This document shows positions 56,370 to 64,000 of a DNA stretch of 64,000 bases, in pieces. The stretch lies in the NCBI GenBank assembly GCA_951406725.2, contig OX597833.1, positions 36,952,001 to 37,016,000 of the forward strand, written 5' to 3'. Position 1 is the stretch's first letter. Each line of letters begins with the position of its first letter. The translations under genes were made by a program, and so were the position numbers. This DNA comes from Octopus vulgaris. Taxonomy: Eukaryota. The notes under the pieces were generated by a model that was not told the origin of the DNA, did no database searches, and saw only the letters and a program-made list of their open reading frames with translations.

Positions 56370-56458
56370 TATGACAGGCTTCTTTCAGTTTCCGTCTACC
56401 AAATCCACTCACAAGGCATTGGTCGGCCCGGGGCTATAGCAGAAGACACTTGCCCAAG
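56108..56458 (-). mobile_element. SINE family A, lacking the tRNA head
   Basis: Reverse complement of 54029-54368. Confidence 0.9.
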
Positions 56459-57139
56459 ATATGTATATATATATAGAGACAAACACCTAGATACATCACA
56501 CACACACACACAGATACACACCACAGACACATACACACACAGGGTGGGAGAGGTAAAATGTGATTGAACTCTTACAATATTAAGGGTAGACGTTCCTTTC
56601 CTGTTCCTCTGCCCTCAATTCTAACGCAGACAATGCTTTCGGGAAAGACGTGAATATTATAACAGCTTTCATTTATTCTAGTCTTTGAGATAAAACAGTA
56701 AGAAAATCTGAATAGTGTAGCTGGAGTATGTTTATTATACAGATATTGTAATTTACCAACCGTTTTCTCTTATGAATTGCTTAGTTAAGCGCAGAACCCA
56801 GTGATATTTGTAAACCGTACTTACTGTTTAGATCATCACAGAAGGATGTTAAGTAAAGTTGGACTCGGTTGGTGTTGGGCTCAGACACTTAAATTCTGGA
56901 AGTAGATAAAAATTATAATAAATATATAAATAAAATTAGAATAAATAAATTAATAAAATGTATAAAAATCCATGATTTATGTCATATATGTATCATATGC
57001 TATGACATACATGTGAAATACACTATATTTTATTAAAATATGTTATATGATATTATACATATCTATTCTATCAGTAAATATAATCAATAGAATGTGATAT
57101 GTGATGTATGCGTATCATATAAAGAATATATCATATATG

Positions 57140-57201
<62 letters not shown>

Positions 57202-57208
<7 letters not shown>

Positions 57209-57316
57209 ATCACGTGACCGACCAGACCATCAGATGATGCTACACATCGCTGGTCACAATGCGTTCGCATTGTTTTAGCCTTCGAATAACGCCACCCCGC
57301 TGGCTAAGCGAGCAGG

Positions 57317-57318
<2 letters not shown>
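57202..57318 (-). mobile_element. Isolated SINE/LINE 3' tail embedded in (TA)n
   Basis: Reverse complement of 51903-51993 plus terminal (cacgtgat)2; (TA)n on both sides. Confidence 0.75.
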
Positions 57319-57415
<97 letters not shown>

Positions 57416-58922
57416 AATGAAATAGATAGTGAGGAAGAGAGAAAGAGAAGTGAAAGAAGTATATCTAGAGATCAGGCTTACGAAGAGAAAGAAATGGTAT
57501 ACTCTTTGAAGAAGTTAAATTGTACAATATTAATATATTTGATAGGAAGATCAGTCTTTCAGGTGTGTGGGTTTACTGTTTTGGTTTTTCGTTCATGCAA
57601 TTTTCCAACTCTGTCATAATTCCTGAAAAAAAAAATAAAATAACGCCTTTGAAGTTAAAAAGAAAAAGTGAGAAGTAGCGATTTTCATTTCTTTCCTTGC
57701 AGTGTAAATGAAGTGAATTGGTTTTAACTTAGAATTCGAATAATAAAAACAACAATTATGCTGACGGAGAAGATAAATGATGATTAGAATATTAGTGATT
57801 TAAGATAATGATTTCTCACAACCTTTCTTCAAGCTATACTGCAAGCCAACATAACACTCGTAAATCTCACGTATTGTCATTGCCTACAGCGGGAGACTGT
57901 TTCTGCCCAGTAATACTTACTCATAACTACATTTGTTTTGCTTCTTATTGAACATGCATTTCTGAATAGCTTCATTTGACATTTTGATCTCAAAGAGATA
58001 TCCAATGGGCCTAATTAGTGGTTCTTTTAGCGGAGTCAGTGGAGTGAGGGTAATGTTTTCTGCCTTTCGGTTTGTGCTGTCCATTATCGGAGATGATTCG
58101 ATTTCGACGCCTAGAAGATTATACTGATGTCTGAGTGGGGTGCTCTACACATAACAGATGCGAAGGCTAACACTCTGGATATCTGAGAGTTAAAGGATAA
58201 TAGGTAAAATTATTGGGTTAGAAATTAGTGATGATGTATGTCAGTAAAATAAATAAATAAAACACGATAAATAAAATTCATAAGATTAAATAAATTTGTA
58301 CCGTGATAAGAAAGGTAGGTGTCTTAAGAAGAAAGGGAGCGTTGTGTTGGCAAAAATCAAGTTAAAAATAAAACACAGAATAGGTTGATTTGTTAACGAA
58401 AACTTGACAAAGGACACTAATCGAAATGTGGTCTCTAATTTACAACAGACATCTTCCATCTCAACTTCCTATTTTCTTATAAAAGATAAGAATGTTATCC
58501 ACGGATCACAAATCTTTTAGCTGGTTGCCTAGCACTCTGTTACTATGACCAGCTGTGGCTTTTTTGTACTTCCGTTAACAGAACTCAAATGTGAAAATAT
58601 ATAGCCTGCATATTTATATCTCAGACTCGCAGATATCCTTCTTGTAATTATCATAAAAAAAGTAACATAAAATTATACTGGCAGATGGTCGATATAGCTA
58701 TTAGATAATATTCACGAAACATCAGCCATAAAGCTAATTATAACATTTAATAATTGTTACTATTTTTGTCATTTTGTTTTATGCTAGCTGAGATAATTTT
58801 TTCTAATTCAGTTTATTATTACCATAAAAAATTATCTTAAAGGTATTTATACATTTAGTCATCAAGAAAGCATGAATATTTTCCCTCTCACATTTTCTCT
58901 CCGTTATAAATATGAACTTTTA

Positions 58923-59024
<102 letters not shown>

Positions 59025-60064
59025 TAACTACCACCATTACATTATCACCACTGCATCATGATCGTTATCATTATCAGCAGCAGCAGAAGTTGTAACGACA
59101 TTTTATTAAAATCAAAACTTCAGTTCTTTGATCATTAAAAATATGAGATCTACGTATCTTTAGATAGTATAAAAACGATGATACAAATTCTGAAGTGCTT
59201 TTTCGCCTTGAGTTCAAAACCTACTGTAATTGACGTAACCAAGGTGAAGGATGGGGAGATGTTTTCAAGCAGACGAAAGTATCTGTTATCTGTTCTACCA
59301 ACAATATGGTGGTTGGACAATAGTTTTCCCTATGTAAAATGGTGCCTTTCGCTGTCGGCTCTTCTTGAGTTCCTACATTATCGTTACATCTGCAGAAATA
59401 GCAGCGAAACTCCCTCAAACTTCATCCTACCGTCTTAAAGGATATATCGTACAATGCAGTTCCTGATATCTGAACCGAAGCATTAAACTTATTATTAATC
59501 TAAGCGAGATACTTGATCACGGAGAGTGCACAATGACTCAGCATGTAGTCAAAACATTCACTTTATGACTATGTGAATTAACCGAACGACAAGAATGAAC
59601 CTCACATATACTACATACAGAAAATTTGGAATATTTACCATAACTTACTTCCCGAATTAGACACCGAAGTATTTCGGCTGCTCATCACCTGATCATTCTC
59701 TGTTGAACTAAAGACGTTTAGCCCTACAATAATAGCTGTTGCGGACATCTTAAGTGGTTGTCATATAAACTGGCTCAGTGACGGGCAGAACAGAAAAATC
59801 CCCTAAAAATAATAAGGATTTCAGAAAAGTAATGGAAAATACCTTACAGAGAGCTTTGATGGAGGAATATTTTTGATTAATGCACGTGAACCAAGGCAAT
59901 ACAATTTTAGTTCACAGAGCGCAAAATAGCTAAAACTATGAATGCATACATATATGCCGGATGCTTTTCCTCGAGATCCACACACAGTAAGCCAACTCAA
60001 AAGCTATCACCGTATACAAATACGTACCTCCCCACCCCGTCTCTTGCTCTCTCTCTTTCTCTCG

Positions 60065-60111
<47 letters not shown>

Positions 60112-60197
60112 AACATCACGTCTACAGTGTACTCTGGTCTTCAAATTTGGAGCTATAGAAAATACACACACACACACATAAATATATCTATCTATCG

Positions 60198-60239
<42 letters not shown>

Positions 60240-61299
60240 TTATCTATCTATCTATATATGTGTATGTGTGTCTTTCCATATGTATTTATATGTACACACA
60301 CACTCATACACATACAGGCAATAATCACTTAAGGGCGTTTCGTTCTGACGTCGGTGTGAAATGATACAAAATCAAATACAGTAAATAAAATTCACCAAGT
60401 GTATACTTTCAAACTAAAATTTCGTTTACTTTTATTATTGTTTTCTTTTGTAACTCGTTACTTTTTGTCCACTTCGCTACAATATAAATAATAAATAAAC
60501 AATGATGGATAACGATAGTAATTATTCATCATTGTTTTTTTTTTCACGAACGTCATTTAAGATACGTCTACCGGCTAATTCAGAGTAGATGCAAGTCTTA
60601 TAAGATACGACAGCGCTTAAAATATAAGAAAGCCAAAGAACAAAATTATATTTAAGAGATATAAATTAGAATAGGCCTTGCAGTAAAGTTTGTTTGATCC
60701 TTCTTAGATGTACTTGGCGCAAAATGTTTCCTTTCAAATTTCCAGTAATAATTTATCTTTAGACATGGTGTTAAATGAAAATTATGAATTGAGCCAAATA
60801 TATAAATAAAGCATTATGAAGTTTGCCTGATTCGGAATTAGTCAGATTTTGTATTTGTTTTGCTTTGAACGCGGTGGTGACCCTTCGAATTTTGACTTTG
60901 CAAATATTTATTGATTTTTTTTTCCTCGTTGAGGAAAGTAAAAGTGAATTGTGTACCACTGCTGTCTGAGGGTTCGTACACATGCAAAATCGTAATAATA
61001 GAGCAACATGTGTAACATTAGAAACTAAATGAGAAGTGTTACAGAGATTCGACTTTGGATAGCAAAGCTGCATATATTGGAAGGGTTCTCGGTCTTCCCT
61101 TAGCAATTGTACAAATAATATACAATAATACCGAAAAAACAAATTAAGTTTGTACTCAGTGTAACACCTTTGAACTAGATATGAAAACCAACATATGGAA
61201 AGACTTTCAAACATGGATAGAGTACACAATACAAATGAAAAATAAGTTTATATGATTATTTAAAAAATGCACAGGGTTTCTTAATGTGAAAACGTCATG

Positions 61300-62460
61300 G
61301 TATGCTGTGGTTGATTGGGATGTTTAACGAATCGTATAAAATTGCATCGTAAACAGATAACAGGAGAATTCTTAAATTCCGACAGAAAACAGCAGCTACT
61401 TTTCCAACTTTACTGGAAAATATTATGAAGGAGGATACTCACTACACCAAATTTTTAACGTTGACGGGACAGGTTTATTTGGAAACAAATGCCAAAACGA
61501 ACTCGGATTTCTAAAGAAGAAAAATCTATACCTAGTTTCAAGGCTGCCAAAGATCGCATGGTGGGAATGCTTCAGGAGATCTAAAGTTGAAGCCTCATGT
61601 TTATCATTCTCTAAATCTCAGCTTCTAAATTTATGCCAATCAAATAAAAAGGAGTAGATCACCAGAACAGCGTTCCAAATTGGTTTACTTTATGTTTTGG
61701 TCCAACTGTCAAAGAATACTGTCAGACGAAGATCCTTGAAAATAAAACCTTGCTTCTTGCAAACAATGCTATCTAATCTGGATGAACTGAAAGATAATGA
61801 TTCAACTTATGAATCAACCTGACTGATTGTGTTTAGACGTAAAGAGTTAAGGGATTATTGCTACATTCAGAGCCTACTATTTGCGGGGCACCTTTAAGCA
61901 AGTACTTAAGACTTTAGATAGAAAAATTAAACTACCAGTAAAAGAATTTTGACGGGGCTACCATATTATGAATACCATTGAAAATTTGACAGTGATATGG
62001 CAAGAAGTGAAAACAGCCACAATGAAATTTGTCTATGATAAAATCTGTCCAGATTGTATTGCAGACTTCCCGAGTGACAAAGAGTCAATAAAAATGTTCA
62101 ATAGGAGATTACTGAAATAGCATAGCAGGTCGGATTTAATGAAAGGAATCAAAATATTGAGGAATTACTTGAGCCACATGATAAAGAAATATCTAATGAG
62201 GATGCCGTGGAGATGGAACAGCACCAAGCTGAAGAAAGTGACAAGAGTGAGAATGCGAAACAACTACGAATTTGAACAACTAAAGATTTGTCTAAAGATT
62301 TACAGCATTTTGATAAAGCTATGTCCATCTTTACCGAGAGATATCCTCAGGGAGTGAGGGAGAGAGAGAGGGGGGAGAGAGAGCTGGTTAATGATTCGAT
62401 GCAATTGTTACAAAAATTATACGAAGAAAAGAGAAATAATGTATGACAAACTATGGACAT
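61300..62460 (+). pseudogene. Decayed pogo/Tigger (TIGD1-like) transposase
   Basis: QITGE, GGYSLHQIFNVDGTGLF, KQMPKRTRISKEEKSIPSFKAAKDR, GDLKLKP, FQNWFTLCFGPTVKEYC, GIIATFRAYYL; element may span ~60315-62680. Confidence 0.85.
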
Positions 62461-63455
62461 ATTCTTCAAGTTAACAATTCTTATTGATTTTTATTTATCT
62501 TTAATATATTCATAATACACAAACATATATCAATGTTTTGATATTAGAAGTGTTCTGAGTTTTAATTTAGAAATAGTTATTGTGACTAGAAATATATGGT
62601 GGAAATGTAACTCCTGTTTATATCATTAAAGCTAAGAGAAAATTGACTTTGCTTTACGTCATTTCACTTAAAGCCGACATACACAAATATACGCGCGTGC
62701 GCGCAAGTACACACACACATTCATATGCATAGGGATAGATGGATTTACGCATTATGTATGAATGCATCTATGTATACGATGTGGGATCGAATTATTAGTG
62801 TGCCGACAAAGATATCTTATAAATTCTGTTCCGCGGCAGTTAACGTCATTTAGCCGAGGATGACTTTGCTTCTATCTCACGGTGTTTGCAAAGTGAGTGA
62901 GTACTAAACAAGTACCGTGTCCGATATAATCGGCAATACTCCTGAAAGTGATGCCCTAGCATAGCCATAGTCTAATGACTGAAACAAATACACTCCAATC
63001 ACAAACCCGCAGACATAAGACAGCCAAATTATCAAAACTAAAACAATAAAAACTGAATATAGCAAGAATAGTGAGTGGAATAAGGTGAGAAGAGGTTGAG
63101 AGAGAAAAAAAATGAGGTCAATTCTGCTTACTTTGCTACTGTTATGAAGCGCAGCTGTTATAACAACTGGAACGATAGAGTAATTAGCACGCAGCCGGCC
63201 ACACGTACACACATACACGACACATTAGTGAGATTCACACACATAGACATTTAAATAAACATGCATGTACACACGCGTCCCTACTACCCACACTCGCATG
63301 CACTCATGACATAAGCACATGCATACACATAGTGTATACACACGCACACACACATATGCACGCACACGCAGTAACATTCATGTTCATGTGTGCGCGTAAT
63401 ATGTGTATGTATGTATGTATGTATGTATACATACGCGCGCGCACATACACACATA

Positions 63456-63490
<35 letters not shown>

Positions 63491-64000
63491 GTAATCTGTA
63501 AATAAAAGGGATGGAAGAGGTAGTCGAGTACTACAGCTGTTTCAAAAGCACATCGGGTGCATCTTACGTAACATTACGAATGTCTTGTACCCGTATTATG
63601 TACTTTTTCATCAGGTACATGCGACTGCTTAGTTGAAAATAGTCTATCGTAATGGAGAATGTAAAAGAAAGTCAGGCTAACAAAAAGAATTTTTAAAAAA
63701 AGAGTGGAGATTGGAATAGGGGAAAGAACCAACGGCGTGCCCTACTCAAGTAACCTACTACCGTTACCTTACTTTGAACGTATTTTCCTTTTTCTTTATC
63801 TTCTTCTTTCCTCTTCCCTGTTTTTCCCCATATGAACTTTTATTACTCATATTTATCTACCCTAAGCAATAAACATCACAGCTTCTACCGCTCCGGTTGC
63901 CCATTATTGACGCCACACACACATTTTAATGAAATTATAATCTACTGCAGCCATTGCAATAATTTGAGTATGCTGATAACAAAATGTAACTACATCTTGC

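Overview
AT-rich, microsatellite-saturated eukaryotic DNA. The SINE and LINE families look like those of a coleoid cephalopod, most likely Octopus (recognised by pattern, not searched). I find no supportable host protein-coding gene: almost all listed ORFs are translated simple repeats, and the rest are decayed transposon genes. DNA transposons include a piggyBac with intact TIRs and TTAA TSDs, two mariners, a deleted maT/DD37D element, a pogo/Tigger remnant, several MITEs, and a non-autonomous Helitron next to a decayed Helitron helicase. Retroelements include L1/Tx1, R4/Dong and CR1-group LINE fragments and many copies of at least three tRNA-derived SINE families. The most interesting signals are four. 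(1) A cluster of minimal hammerhead-ribozyme-like motifs, resembling Penelope-like pseudo-LTRs or retrozymes, sits in (TA)n tracts at 44.0-45.0 kb; it includes a perfect 50-bp-arm palindrome with a non-canonical core, and related copies occur at 35.2 and 41.3 kb. (2) A compound trinucleotide array at 38.5-39.1 kb is mirrored block-by-block as an inverted repeat. (3) Two inverted SINE copies 13 kb apart share an apparent gene-conversion tract. (4) SINE families swap heads and tails in a modular way.
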